DNA from: Pelagibacteraceae bacterium
Lineage (GTDB): Bacteria; Pseudomonadota; Alphaproteobacteria; HIMB59
NCBI GenBank assembly: GCA_019651435.1
Contig: BOYI01000003.1
Span: forward strand, 30,945-94,944
Direction of reading: 5' to 3'
Length of the DNA stretch: 64,000 nucleotides
This document shows positions 11,568 through 24,052 of the stretch, piece by piece. Numbering within the stretch: the first letter of the stretch is position 1; each line of letters opens with the position of its first letter. A program made the position numbers and the translations under genes. Below the pieces are notes generated by a model. The model did no database searches, was not told the origin of the DNA, and was given only the letters and a program-made list of their open reading frames with translations.

Positions 11568-13888
11568 TCTATAATTTTTAACAGCTCATCTAAAGATTGA
11601 CTTAAATCAGTCTTAGTTGAGCTGTTATACAAGTTCTCTCTAACCAGCTCTTCATTAAAAATTTTAAACTTTCCCTTTAAAGAGAACTCTTCTTTATTAA
11701 AAGTAAATATTTCATCAGAAATTTTATAAAGCTGAACTAAATCTTTAAAATTTTCCTTTGGGTTTTTTAAATCAAGCATTTTTTTAATATAGTTTTTATC
11801 AATAGAAGAATATTGAGAAATAATTTCATTTTTTCTAAGGTAAAATAATCTTGCTATATTTCTTGAGTGAGAAAGAATTTTTGTTTTTAAAAAAGACAAT
11901 TGATGAAAAATTTCATCCGTTTTTAAATAAAAATCAAAAAATTTATCAAATTGAATTACCTGATCTGAACTTTTATCAAAAGGTTTATTTCGATCATCAA
12001 TAGTTAAGAAGTCTTTATCTACATACTGATTGATCACATTATAAAATCTTCTAACAATTTTAATATTATCAATATGGTTATTCTCTTTTGAATGATAAAT
12101 AAAAAATAAATCGACATCAGATGAAGGAAGGGCTTTATTGATACCATAGCTTCCAAAAAGGATTGGAGACAAATCAGAAAAAATATTATTTTGACTAGTA
12201 TAATTTCTTTTTATGATATCAAATAAATTGAAAAGGAATTTTTTGATATTTCTATTTCTTTTATAAATGTAAATTTCGTAATCAATTTTTTTTGAAATGT
12301 ATAAATAATCTAATAAAAAAACTACCTCATATATATCTTGAAGGATTTTTTTCAAATCTAAATCAAAGTTGTCGGATTTTTCCCTTATTTGGAAATTTGG
12401 AAGACCATAGTTAAATAAGTAAACAAGCGACTCAATCAAAAAATTGTTCTTATTCAGTAAATTAGTTAATTTGGGTGAATTATTGAATATGAAAATAATT
12501 TCAGGGAAAATATTACTGTTATATTTGTATAAACCAGTTAAATGAACACCAGATTTATAATAATTAATAAGATAATCAAATTTAATAATCAGTTCATCTT
12601 TTTGATCTTCGTGGACCAGTAGGTTAACGAGATATTTTATTGAGTTAGTATAATCATGACGCACAGTTTCAGAACTGTTGATGCTGCTAGCTTTCTCAAA
12701 CAACTTACTGATAATGGTACGACTTTTTTCATTAAAATTTTCTAATTTAATATTTTGATCATCACTTTTTGGAGAAAATAAATTTTCATAAATTTTTATA
12801 ACTTTTTCTCTCTTAGACGTTAATTCTTCATAATAATTATTGGAAACTTCTCTTAAGTAAGGGTCATCTTCATTAACAATATTTTGAAAAGTATTCTGTT
12901 TTAAATGAAGATAATTTTCTATTTTTCTAAAATAATAATATGCATCTATAATTGCAGATAAATCCTCCTCATTAATTATGGTTTTATAATTCGACATTCT
13001 TTTGAATAATTTATGAATGTTGCTTTCTCGAAGGTCATTAAATTTTCCAGACCATAATAGCTGATTAAAATGGATGATATTTTCACATGATCTAATAAAC
13101 CCATAAGAGTTTTTAATATCTAAATTGTTTGAAGTTTTTTTTCTTTCAAAGAGTTTTTTGATTTCATCTATAGCGTAAAAATCAAATGAGCGTCTAAATA
13201 AAAAACTTTTAATTGAATTTAGGAAACTGCTATATAATAAAATATTGCCGCATATAAAATTAGATCGATGATATGCTAATCTTTCCCAATTTCTGCCTAC
13301 TGACGAGTAATAATCAATAGCACTGTCGAGATCTGTAACAATGTTTGCGCCCCCTAAATCAGGACGTAATCTTAGATCTATTTTATGAAAAAATGATGAA
13401 GAAATATTAGCAATATCACTTGTAATCTTTTTAATTAATTTATTAAAATCTGATAATTCGATATCTGAGTTTTTACTATCGAAGAAGATAATCAAATCAA
13501 TATCAGACGTGAAATTAAGATCTTTAACTCCAATTTTACCTAAACCTAGTATGAAGAAATTTTTTAAAATTTTATGATCAAAAGATCGAAGAATATAAAA
13601 GTTAAAAATCTTAGTAACAAAGTTTTTACAAATCAAAGACCATAACCGAGATGCGCATTCTTGATTTATTATCCCCTCATGAGATGAAGAGAATATGAGA
13701 TAGATTATTTCATTTTTTAATTTTTCGATACCTGTTAAGGAATAATTTGAATTCTGAATAATTCTCGAAATAGAAGTTTTGTAATAATTTAAGATATTTT
13801 TAAAATCTTTTTTTGAATTAAAATCCTCTTCTAAATATTCATATTTTTTTAAAAAAGAAGAATATTTCGTTAGCTCATTTAATTCCAA
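11564..13888 (-). CDS. glnE: Glutamine synthetase adenylyltransferase/adenylyl-removing enzyme, divergent
   Basis: Two nucleotidyltransferase motifs (GLGKIG..DLNFTSDIDL plus IDLRLRP; degenerate GSYG...SSDVDL); convergent with glnA. Confidence 0.8.
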   Translation of the reverse strand: MELNELTKYSSFLKKYEYLEEDFNSKKDFKNILNYYKTSISRIIQNSNYSLTGIEKLKNEIIYLIFSSSHEGIINQECASRLWSLICKNFVTKIFNFYILRSFDHKILKNFFILGLGKIGVKDLNFTSDIDLIIFFDSKNSDIELSDFNKLIKKITSDIANISSSFFHKIDLRLRPDLGGANIVTDLDSAIDYYSSVGRNWERLAYHRSNFICGNILLYSSFLNSIKSFLFRRSFDFYAIDEIKKLFERKKTSNNLDIKNSYGFIRSCENIIHFNQLLWSGKFNDLRESNIHKLFKRMSNYKTIINEEDLSAIIDAYYYFRKIENYLHLKQNTFQNIVNEDDPYLREVSNNYYEELTSKREKVIKIYENLFSPKSDDQNIKLENFNEKSRTIISKLFEKASSINSSETVRHDYTNSIKYLVNLLVHEDQKDELIIKFDYLINYYKSGVHLTGLYKYNSNIFPEIIFIFNNSPKLTNLLNKNNFLIESLVYLFNYGLPNFQIREKSDNFDLDLKKILQDIYEVVFLLDYLYISKKIDYEIYIYKRNRNIKKFLFNLFDIIKRNYTSQNNIFSDLSPILFGSYGINKALPSSDVDLFFIYHSKENNHIDNIKIVRRFYNVINQYVDKDFLTIDDRNKPFDKSSDQVIQFDKFFDFYLKTDEIFHQLSFLKTKILSHSRNIARLFYLRKNEIISQYSSIDKNYIKKMLDLKNPKENFKDLVQLYKISDEIFTFNKEEFSLKGKFKIFNEELVRENLYNSSTKTDLSQSLDELLKIID

Positions 13889-14806
13889 ATTTGATTACTT
13901 TCAAAAATATTTTTAACCTTAATAATACTATCAGCTTCAGAAACATCTTTTTTAATTTTTTTAGCTCCATTAACTTTAGAAAGTAGAGTAAAGATAGCTT
14001 TTTTAAGTAAATTCAAATTTAAGTATTTATAATCCTCAAAGCTATCTAAGTAATCTGATATAATTTGAATTTTATTATCAATTACAACTAGTCCCAGCTT
14101 TTCAATAAATAATAGATCATTAGCAAATTGTCTTCCGATCATGAATTGGTTGATATTATTATCTGATAAATGTTTAATGGTTTCCAAGTCATTTATTTCA
14201 CCATTAGGGATTAACTCCATGTTGGGAAACTCCTCTTTGCATTTAAAAAAAAGCTCATAGTTGATTTTAGGAATTGTCCTATTTTTTTTTGTATCAAGAT
14301 TTAAAACACCATTTCGACAATGAATATAAACTGTTTTGATTTCGAACTCTTGAAACATACTTAAATATTCAAATATATATTTTTGATCCTCTTCCAGTCC
14401 AAGACCTAACCTGCATTTAACAGAAATTTTTTTATTATATGTTTTGAGAGCATGTAAGCACTCTCTTACTAAAGTAGGATATTGAGTTAAGGCAAGTCCT
14501 AGTTTGTTCTCTTGTACCCTAGAACTTGGGCAACCTAGATTTAAATTAATATGATTTATTCGTTCAAATTTTATTTAGTTTTTGAATTGCTAATTTTATT
14601 TCCATAGGCTCTGAGCCTGCTATTTGAATAGCGCTAGTATTATTGACTAAGAAATGTTTATCGATTGTTTTGATTTCATTATGAATTATAGCTTTATCTA
14701 CAATCATTTCTGAAAAGGTAGTAATATGACTTTTATACAATTTTTCAGCTAATAATCTAAAATAGCAATCTGTGTAGCCCATCATTGGGGCAAGGTGATA
14801 ATTCAT
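13879..14806 (-). CDS. dusA: tRNA-dihydrouridine synthase (DusA-like; frameshifted)
   Basis: LAPMMGYTD, INLNLGCPS, HCRNG, PNGEI, MIGR motifs across fragments. Confidence 0.8.
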
Positions 14807-14874
14807 TGGACTAAATTCTTTTCTTCATTGAAAAATACTTCAATAAAAGTAAAAATCATTAAAAATTCAATCAA

Positions 14875-15207
14875 TTGGAAAATATCAAAATAAATAACCT
14901 TAAATATGACAGTAATGGTCTTATACCTACTGTCGTTCAAGAGAGAGAAACAAAAGAAATCCTAATGGTTGCCTACTCAAATAAAGAGTCTCTCGAGATG
15001 ACAATTAAAAATAAATTTGGTTATTTTTGGAGTCGAAGTAAAAATAAGCTTTGGAAGAAAGGTGAGACCTCTGGGAATTTATTAAAGTTATTTAATATTT
15101 ATACAGATTGTGATAACGATACTCTAATTTTTGAGGTAGAACTTCAAGGTTCGGCAGCTTGCCATACTGGCTCTAGAAGTTGTTTTTTTAAAAAGATAGA
15201 AGAATGA
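14875..15207 (+). CDS. hisI: Phosphoribosyl-AMP cyclohydrolase
   Basis: WSRSK..LWKKGETSGN, DCDND, ACHTG.RSCF. Confidence 0.95.
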   Translation: MENIKINNLKYDSNGLIPTVVQERETKEILMVAYSNKESLEMTIKNKFGYFWSRSKNKLWKKGETSGNLLKLFNIYTDCDNDTLIFEVELQGSAACHTGSRSCFFKKIEE

Positions 15208-16986
15208 GTGAAATAATTGCCTACAAAGATCAAAATAATGAGTATTTTGATTTTGAAATAGAAAACTCCAAACCCGTGAGGGCAAAGTCCGAGGATGCCC
15301 TTAATATTATGAGGCACGACATGGCTCATGTTTTAGCTGAGGCTGTAATAAGCATCTTTCCTAATGCAAAACCTACTATAGGCCCGTTCATTAAAAATGG
15401 TTTTTACTATGATTTTGATATGGATAGTGCCCTATCAGATGATGACATCAATAAAATTGAAGAAAAAATTAAAGAAATTTTAAATGAGGGAAGAGAGTTT
15501 AATAAAAAAGTTGTATCAAAAGATGAAGCTTTGAATTTATTTAAAGAAAATAAATATAAGTTAGAACTCATTAATAATCTTGATAATGCTGCAGAGATAA
15601 CACTCTATGAGCAAAAAAACTTTACTGATTTGTGTAAAGGTCCTCATCATAAGAGTACTAAAGAATATGAAGCTCATGTAAAAATTACCAGTGTATCTGG
15701 TGCCTATTGGAGAGGTATAAGCACCAATAAAATGCTTCAAAGAGTTTATGCAACTGCCTGGTACAGTGAGAAAGAATTAAATAAATATCTTAAAAATTTA
15801 GAGGAAGCTAAAGAAAGAAATCATAGAAGACTTGGTACAGATATGGGCCTTTTCTTATTAACAGATCTATCTGCTGGTAATGTTTTTTGGAAAGCTAAGG
15901 GACTGACTCTTTATCAAAATATTGAAAAGTATATTAGATCAGAACAAAGAAAACTGAATTATTTTGAGGTAAAAACACCAGAACTCGTCTCAAACGAACT
16001 TTGGATAAAATCAGGTCACTGGGATAATTTCAAAGAAAATATGTTTACCTCAGAGACAGATAATAAAACATTTGCTCTAAAACCCATGAATTGCCCCTGT
16101 CATATTGTATTATTTAATTCACAGTTAATTACTTATAAAGATCTACCTCTAAGATACTCTGAATTTGGAAAATGCCATCGATATGAACCATCTGGTGCAT
16201 TAAATGGATTATTTAGAGTAAGAGGTTTCACCCAAGATGATGCACATATTTTTTGCACTGCAGAACAAATTTACGACGTTTGCAATGAAACAACACAATT
16301 AATTGAAAGAGTTTATAAAAAATTTGGTTTTGAAAAAATTAAATACAATATTTCTACCAGACCAGAGAAAAGTATTGGATCTCAAGAGAATTGGGACAAT
16401 GCAGAGAGTCAGTTAAAAAAAGTTTTATCTGATAATGGAAAGGATTTTAACATATTAGATGGTGAAGGTGCCTTTTATGGTCCTAAAATTGAATTCACTT
16501 TAGAAGACTCTCTTGGGCGAGAATGGCAGTGTGGAACTATCCAGATTGATTTTAATTTACCTGATAGACTTGGAGCCAAATACAAAGATAAAGATGATAA
16601 AAACCAAGTTCCTATCATGATCCATCGTGCTGTTGTTGGTTCATTAGAAAGATTTATTGCAATTATTCTTGAAAATACCAATGGCTGGCTTCCTTTATTT
16701 ATAACACCAGTTCAACTTGCTATACTGCCAGTTTCTGAAAAGTTTGTAGAACATTGCCAAAAAATTAATGAAGAATTAAAAGGACTTAGGTGTTCGTTCA
16801 TTGATTGATGACTCTGACAATAAGCTTGGGTATAAAATTAGAAATTCTGTATCAAAAAAAATTCCTTACTCGTTAGTAGTTGGAGAAAAAGAAATTGAGT
16901 CTTCATCATTCACCTTGAGAAGTAAAAAAGGTGATAATCAAAGCTTTAATTCTATTAAAGAATTAACAGAATTTTTTAATAATTAG
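15204..16986 (+). CDS. thrS: Threonine--tRNA ligase (frameshift near 16805; short N-terminus)
   Basis: RHDMAHVLAEAV, DLCKGPH, KPMNCP, RYEPSG, QDDAHIF, FYGPK, HRAVVGSLERF; anticodon-binding domain in ORF 16801-16986. Confidence 0.95.
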
Positions 16987-17024
16987 CTATTTTTTCTTTA
17001 AATTTTAATTAAGTTTATCCAGAA

Positions 17025-17910
17025 ATGGATGACCATCTAAGAGCTGTAATTATTGTAGTGATTAGCGGTCTAGTCTGGAGTTTTGGCCCTTTAGTTGTCA
17101 AAAATATGACGGACCCTCAACTTTATCAACTTCCCTACTTGGTAATTAGAGGTATGACTGTGGCTATTATAATTGCATTTTATCTTTTTTTTCATGAAGG
17201 ATTGAATTTTGTAAAAAAACTTTTTCAAATTGATGGTGTTACCATTATTGGAGGCATGTCATTAACAACTGCCTTTTTAGGATTTATTTATTCAATTAGT
17301 TACACTACTGCAGCGGTAACATTATTCATGTTGGCGCTTATGCCTTTTTTAGCATCTCTCATCGCATTTATTTTTTTAAAAGAAAAAATATCTAAACAAA
17401 ATTTTGTAAGCATGGTTGTCGCCTTCATAGGGACTTTAGTGATGATTTATGCGAGTGCTTTTAGTGGATCTTTTTTTGGTTTGATAATGGGCTTTATATC
17501 TAGTTTGGGGTTTGCAGCCTTTTCAGTAGCTCTCAGAAGTAAAAGTGATATCAAAAAATTTTATATCTTAATTTATGGTGGATTATTCTGCGCTCTATTC
17601 TCAGCTTTTTAATGATAATTAATAATCAAGATTTTTATATTCCTATAAAGAATGTTTATTTAAGTATGACCCATGGAACTTTGGTAGCAAGCGGTTTGAT
17701 TTTATTTAGCATCGGATCAAAGCAACTTCTGTCAGGTGAATTAACAATGCTATCTCTACTTGAGGTAGTTGGAGGAATTTTCTGGGCTTGGCTCCCTATC
17801 CTTGGAATAAATGAAGTTCCAGTATAAATACTATTATTGGTGGAGCTATTATTTGCGTAGCTATAGCAATGAATTCATATCGTTTTGATAAAAAAGACTA
17901 CAAAATTTGA
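17025..17910 (+). CDS. EamA/DMT family transporter (frameshifted)
   Basis: About 10 hydrophobic helices across ORFs 17025-17612 and 17612-17827; FLKEKIS loop typical of EamA. Confidence 0.75.
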
Positions 17911-18756
17911 CTAGATAGTAAGTCCAAAAACACCCAAAAAGTTAAAATTATCCCTACGCTCTGCAATTTAGAAATTTGTTCTTTTAAGATTAATCTTGCC
18001 AAAACAACAGTAACCAATCCAAAGCCAGATGAAATCACAACTGCTATACTTGCTTTATCAAAAGCGTAAGCAAAAACTAAACAAAAATAGCCAGAGGTTT
18101 CTAATATCCCTTGAAAAAAGAATAGGGATAGCTTTTTTGTAAGAGTAATTTTATTTTTGTAAATAAGATTATAAATGCGATACCCAATAAGCTAAAAAAA
18201 CGAATATAAATAACAGTTTCAAGTGGATCTAATGTATTTGTAGCCTCTTGAGAAAAATCAAACCTAAAGCAAGAGTAATACTTGCCATAAAAGAAATAAT
18301 TACTGAGTCTTTAATTTGTTTTTTGTTAATCCTAAGCTCTCTTGAAAGCTATTCGCACTAAAAGAAACAAAAATAGCTCCAGATATAACTATTAACGTCG
18401 ATAACCATTGCAGAAGACTTGGTTCACTTCCTAAAGCATATCTTATCAAAAAAACAAAAAGTGGATTGATGGCGGTAATAGGAGCAACTATTGAAACTGG
18501 ACCGATTTGAAGGCCTCTATACAAACAAAGAAGACCGAACATGATTAAAATACCTGAAAGGAAACTATTACTCAGACCTATGGAATTAGGATTTAAGCCC
18601 TCACCAAATATTGAAAATAGAATTAAATAAAATAAAGCTCCAACAACAAGCATCCAAAAAGTGAATTTTTAAAACCAACTTCTCTGGAAGAAAAACGAGC
18701 TAAAAATCACCTATGCCAAAACTTAAAGCAGATAAGATACCTAATAGGGTAACCAT
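17898..18756 (-). CDS. EamA/DMT family transporter (frameshifted)
   Basis: GPVSIVAPI, GFGLVTVVLARLILKEQI motifs; hydrophobic throughout. Confidence 0.7.
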
Positions 18757-18768
18757 TTGTATTATGAA

Positions 18769-19104
18769 TTAAACGTGAAAACTTTCACCACAACCACACT
18801 CACTTGTTTGATTGGGGTTATTAAAAACAAATCTTTCTCCAAATTCCTCTTTAATAAAATCCATTTCAGTGCCTATAACAAACATGATTGCGTTGTTTTC
18901 AATGTAGAGAGGGAACTTGTATTCATTCACTAATTCACAGCCTTTGATATTTTCTTCATTTGCATACTCCATGGTATAACTAAGTCCAGCACATCCTTTT
19001 GTATTAAGTCCTATTTTTAAACCTTTAGCTTTTGGATTGCTGCTAAGAAGTTGATCAACTTGGTTTTCAGCAGAACTTGATAATTTAAATAAAGGAGCGG
19101 TCAT
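18769..19104 (-). CDS. sufA: A-type Fe-S carrier protein (SufA/IscA)
   Basis: GCAGLSY and CGCGESF motifs; end of suf operon. Confidence 0.9.
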   Translation of the reverse strand: MTAPLFKLSSSAENQVDQLLSSNPKAKGLKIGLNTKGCAGLSYTMEYANEENIKGCELVNEYKFPLYIENNAIMFVIGTEMDFIKEEFGERFVFNNPNQTSECGCGESFHV

Positions 19105-19491
19105 TAATATCCGAGGGCTATTCTAGCATCATCACTCATCATATCTTTATTCCATGGGGATCAAATGTAAGTTTAACTTTAACCTGACCAATATTTTCTA
19201 AAGATGTAATATTTTTGCAATATCCAAAGGAAAAGAGTCAGCCACAGGGCAATTTACAGTAGTTAAAGTCATAGTGATTTTAACATTATTACCTTCGTCA
19301 ATTTTAATGTCATAAATTAATCCAAGATCGTAAATATTAATTCCAAGCTCAGGGTCTTTTATAGTTGATAATTTTTTTATAATTTCATCAGTAGTTAATT
19401 TAACTGATGATTGGGTAGAGAATTCACCATAAACAATCTCACCCTCACTGTTTGTTTTGGGCATAAAATCAGATAAGGTTTTGTCATCCAT
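19104..19491 (-). CDS. sufT: SUF-associated DUF59/SufT Fe-S assembly protein (frameshifted)
   Basis: DPELGINIYDLGLIY, MTLTTVNCP, PWNKDMMSDDAR. Confidence 0.8.
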
Positions 19492-20695
19492 TATTGAAGG
19501 AGTTTGATTGTTTTTGATAAGGCGTCAATCAATATATCAATATCATTTGCATCGTTATATATACCAAAGGAAACTCGGCAAGACCCTGGAATTTTTAGTT
19601 TTTTCATAAATGGTTGACAACAATGATGACCACCTCTGATCATAATTCCATACTGGTCTAAAAAGGTTGAAATATCATTATAATTTTATCTTTGACATTA
19701 AAGCTTACTATCGAACTTGCATTAATATCCTCTTGATAACCATAGAATTCTATTTCATCCATAGATTTAAAATGATTAATCAAAGTTGATCTAAGTTTTT
19801 TTTCTTCCACAAAGTAATCTGAAAAATTCAAACGGTTTAAATACTCAATAGCAGTATTCATTCCCGCTACTGCTTCAATTGGGGGTGTGCCTGCTTCAAA
19901 TTTATTAGGAAGCATAGCATAAGAAAAACTATCAAGAGATACGTTATTAATCATCCCTCCTCCTAAGGAAGGTGGTTCAAGAGATTCTAATAACTTTTCT
20001 TTTCCAAACATAATTCCAATTCCTGAAGGTCCATATAGCTTATGGGAAGAGAAGGAATAAAAATCACAACCTAAGTCTTGAACATCAATGTTGATGTGAG
20101 CAATTGATTGACATCCATCGACAGCAATTAAGATATCACTTGAGATGTTTTCTTTTATCTTTTTTATATCAATAATTTGACCTGTTACATTTGACATATG
20201 AGTAAGAGCTAAAAATTTAGTAGATTGATCACAAGCTTTTATTATGTCTTGTTCAATAACATTTCCATTTTCATTCACTCCCACGACTTCTATTACAAAA
20301 TTAAATTTTTTAGCAATTTGAAGCCATGGTAGATAATTTGAATGGTGTTCAAGCTCAGTTATTACAATTTTATCACCTTCGTTGAGGATTTGAGGTAAGC
20401 ACTGTGAAATTTTATTTATCGAGTCAGTGGCGCCTGCTGTAAAAATCACCTCATTTATTGAATTTGCATTTATAAAAGATCGAACATTTTCTCTAGCTCT
20501 TTCAAACATGTCTGTTGCTTTAATACTAAGAGTGTTCATTCCTCTATGAACATTTTCATAAGAATTCTGGTAAAATTCTGAAATTGAATTAATAACTTCT
20601 TGGGGTTTTTGAGTACTAGCAGCTGAGTCCAAATAAGTAATTGGATATTCGCGAACTTTATTTTTTAATATAGGGAAGTCAGATTTAAAGCTCAT
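19491..20695 (-). CDS. sufS: Cysteine desulfurase SufS (frameshift near 3' end)
   Basis: YLDSAASTQKP, EHHSN, SSHKLYGPSGIG, RGGHHCCQP. Confidence 0.93.
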
Positions 20696-21789
20696 AATCT
20701 CGAGTCAAGTAGGCTATAAGAGTATTCTTTGATTTGAGTATTTTCAATAGCTTCAAGAGTTTCAACTAAAAAAGCTTTTTGCAGAATTTTAATAGCTTGT
20801 TCTTCATCAATTCCTCTGGATTTAAAGTAATAGACTTGGTCTTGATTTAATTTTGAGACAGTTGAACCGTGGCTACATTTGACATCATCCGCATAAATTT
20901 CCAATTCTGGTTTGTTATTAGCTTTTGATTCATTGTCTAGTATTAGAGATCTGCTCATTTGATATCCATCAGTCTTCTGAGCTATAGAGTCTACATAAAT
21001 TTTTCCTTGAAAATTCGTAATTGCACCACTCTTTACAATTGATTTGAATACCTCCCTACTTTGTGAGGATGGTTTCATATGTTGGATAAATGAATAGTTA
21101 TCGTTAACACCATAATTATGAATATTCAAACCGTATAGATCTAAAGAGCAATTTTCTTCTAATGAGGCAAAAAACTCATTTCTGGTATGAATGTTGTTTG
21201 ATTGAAATGATAAAAATTTTATATTTGAGTTATTTTGTTGATTAATTTCAAAATATAAAAATGATTTAGAATTTGAAATATTGTAATGAATTATATTCAA
21301 TTTAGCATTTTCTGATAAATTCAAAATAATAGATCTAGCACAATCCTCAGAGAGATTACTATTATTAATCATAAGTGTCTTAGGTGAGTCACTAGCTTTT
21401 AAAAGATGGATATTTTCTTTAAATAATGAGAGATCTAAACAAACAATCTCTTCTCTAAAAAGATCTAAATCAATTTTTTTTGAGGATCTTTCTAAAATAG
21501 AATTAACTCTAAAATAACTATCAGCGTTATTAAAATTCCACTTGTTTAAGTCACTGAGCAAGTCGATATCAGAGGTATCTGATAATTTTATATTTTTGAC
21601 AGAGCTAATTGATGACAAATCAGCTTTAAACTCATCTAAGCTTACATTGGAAGTAATGCTTTTATGCAATTGTGCATATTTATAGTTTTCAATTTTGAAA
21701 TTTTCAAAAGGGTTATTTAGCAGAACTTTTTCTGCATAATCAGATATATCTTTAGACGGCATCATATCTAATTTTACGGCAGTGCTCAT
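20692..21789 (-). CDS. sufD: Fe-S cluster assembly protein SufD
   Basis: KPELEIYADDVKCSHGSTV; operon position. Confidence 0.9.
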   Translation of the reverse strand: MSTAVKLDMMPSKDISDYAEKVLLNNPFENFKIENYKYAQLHKSITSNVSLDEFKADLSSISSVKNIKLSDTSDIDLLSDLNKWNFNNADSYFRVNSILERSSKKIDLDLFREEIVCLDLSLFKENIHLLKASDSPKTLMINNSNLSEDCARSIILNLSENAKLNIIHYNISNSKSFLYFEINQQNNSNIKFLSFQSNNIHTRNEFFASLEENCSLDLYGLNIHNYGVNDNYSFIQHMKPSSQSREVFKSIVKSGAITNFQGKIYVDSIAQKTDGYQMSRSLILDNESKANNKPELEIYADDVKCSHGSTVSKLNQDQVYYFKSRGIDEEQAIKILQKAFLVETLEAIENTQIKEYSYSLLDSRL

Positions 21790-22535
21790 TAAGCTGTTTT
21801 TGAAATGTCCTCATAACCTTTTTCTTCTAATTCTAAAGCTAAGGAGAAGTCACCAGACTTAACTATTCTTCCATCGGCTATAATATGAACAAAATCAGGT
21901 TTAATGTAGTTTAAAAGTCTTTGATAGTGAGTAATTACTAAAAATGAGTTCTGTTCACTTCTTAGTTTATTAACACCCTCTGACACTATGCGAAGGGCAT
22001 CAATATCCAAACCTGAGTCAGTTTCATCTAAAATAGCCATATCAGGTTTTAAAATAGACATCTGTAAAATTTCTTGTTTTTTCTTTTCGCCTCCAGAGTA
22101 ATTAACGTTCAGATCACGTTTTAGCATTTCAGAACCAATACCCAAGTCTTCAGCTTGAGATTTAATTAATTTAGCAAACTCAAGGGCATCGATTTCAGGC
22201 ATCCCAAGAAATTTTCTTTTGGAGTTAATAGCAGTTTTTAAAAAGAATGATGTTTGAACTCCAGGTATCTCCATTGGATATTGAAAAGCTAAAAATAAAC
22301 CAGCATTAGCTCTTTCATCAACTTCCAAGTCTAATAAATTTTTTCCATTATATTCAATTGTACCTTCTTCAATCTCATACCCTTCTTTGCCTGAGAGGAC
22401 ATATGATAAAGTGCTTTTTCCCGAACCGTTTGGCCCCATTAACGCATGGACTTCACCTTTGTTAATTGAAAGGCTTAAACCTTTGATGATTTGTTTTCCT
22501 TCAATGGAAACATGAAGATTATTAATTTTTAACAT
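21789..22535 (-). CDS. sufC: Fe-S cluster assembly ATPase SufC
   Basis: GPNGSGKST, SGGEKK, LDETDSGLDIDAL, ITHYQRLL. Confidence 0.96.
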   Translation of the reverse strand: MLKINNLHVSIEGKQIIKGLSLSINKGEVHALMGPNGSGKSTLSYVLSGKEGYEIEEGTIEYNGKNLLDLEVDERANAGLFLAFQYPMEIPGVQTSFFLKTAINSKRKFLGMPEIDALEFAKLIKSQAEDLGIGSEMLKRDLNVNYSGGEKKKQEILQMSILKPDMAILDETDSGLDIDALRIVSEGVNKLRSEQNSFLVITHYQRLLNYIKPDFVHIIADGRIVKSGDFSLALELEEKGYEDISKTA

Positions 22536-23992
22536 TATCCAACACTTCCTTCTAAACTTATGGCTACTAATTTTTGCGCTTCAACCGCAAACTCCATTGG
22601 CAGATGTTGTAAGACTTCTTTACAAAATCCATTCACAATCAATCCGACTGCATCCTCACTATTTAAGCCTCTTTGCATACAATAAAAAAGTTGATCTTCA
22701 TTGATTTTTGAAGTCGTAGCTTCGTGCTCAATAGTAGAGTCAGCATTACTTGATTCAATATATGGGACAGTATGAGCGCCACATTCATTACCAATAAGTA
22801 GAGAGTCACATTGAGTAAAATTTCTTGAATTTGATGCGCGTGAATTAATACTCACTAAACCTCTGTAAGTATTTTGAGCCTTACCAGCTGAAATACCTTT
22901 TGAAATAATTTTAGAAGAGGTATTTTTTCCAATGTGGATCATTTTTGTGCCTGTATCTGCTTGTTGTTTATTATTAGTAATAGCAACAGAGTAAAACTCG
23001 CCTTTAGAATTGTCTCCTTGTAAAATGCAACTTGGGTACTTCCAAGTAATTGCTGAACCAGTTTCTACTTGAGTCCAAGAAATTTTTGAACTATGACCCC
23101 TACAAGCACCTCGTTTTGTTACAAAATTATATATACCACCTTTACCTTCACTATCACCTGGATACCAATTTTGGACAGTTGAATATTTTATTTCAGCATT
23201 ATCCAGAGCAACTAGTTCTACATTTGCAGCATGGAGTTGATTTTCATCTCTCATTGGAGCTGTGCAACCCTCAAGGTAGCTGACATAACTATTTTTATCA
23301 GCGATGATTAGAGTTCTCTCAAATTGTCCTGTATTAATGGCATTTATTCTAAAATAAGTAGATAGTTCAACTGGACATCGAACTCCTTCAGGAATGTAAA
23401 CAAAAGAACCGTCAGTAAATACAGCAGAGTTAAGAGCAGCAAAAGAATGATCAGTAACTGGTATAACACTGCCGATATACTTCTTAACAAGTTCAGGGTG
23501 TTCTTGAATAGCCTCTGAAATGGAGCAAAAAATTATACCAAGGTCATTGAGTTGCTTCTTGTAAGTCGTTGCAACTGAAACAGAATCGAAGACTGCATCT
23601 ACTGCAACGCCTGAAAGAATTTCTTGTTCTTTAAGGGGAATACCTAATTTTTCGTAAGTTTTAAGAATTTCAGGATCTATTTCGTCGAGTGACTTAGGCT
23701 TGTCTTTTAGACTTTTTGGAGAGGAATAATAATAATATTCTTGGTAATTGATTTCTGGAATGTTTAACTTGGCCCAGTTTGGTTTTGGGAGTTTGTTAAA
23801 AACTTTAAAGGCATTTAATCTCCATTCTAACATCCATTCAGGTTCATTTTTTTGGGCAGATATAAATCGGACAACTTCTTCGCTTAAACCCTTTGGAGCC
23901 TTGATTTCATCAAGGTCCGTAGAAAAGCCATATTTGTATTCACTGTTTCCAAGTGAATTCACTTGTTTAATTGTTTGTTCTGTAGCTGCCAT
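22535..23992 (-). CDS. sufB: Fe-S cluster assembly protein SufB
   Basis: [39 protein letters not shown] terminus. Confidence 0.97.
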   Translation of the reverse strand: MAATEQTIKQVNSLGNSEYKYGFSTDLDEIKAPKGLSEEVVRFISAQKNEPEWMLEWRLNAFKVFNKLPKPNWAKLNIPEINYQEYYYYSSPKSLKDKPKSLDEIDPEILKTYEKLGIPLKEQEILSGVAVDAVFDSVSVATTYKKQLNDLGIIFCSISEAIQEHPELVKKYIGSVIPVTDHSFAALNSAVFTDGSFVYIPEGVRCPVELSTYFRINAINTGQFERTLIIADKNSYVSYLEGCTAPMRDENQLHAANVELVALDNAEIKYSTVQNWYPGDSEGKGGIYNFVTKRGACRGHSSKISWTQVETGSAITWKYPSCILQGDNSKGEFYSVAITNNKQQADTGTKMIHIGKNTSSKIISKGISAGKAQNTYRGLVSINSRASNSRNFTQCDSLLIGNECGAHTVPYIESSNADSTIEHEATTSKINEDQLFYCMQRGLNSEDAVGLIVNGFCKEVLQHLPMEFAVEAQKLVAISLEGSVG

Positions 23993-24052
23993 AGATCACC
24001 GATATATAATTAAATTAAGGAAATATACAAGAAAATACGAAGAAATAAGGGT

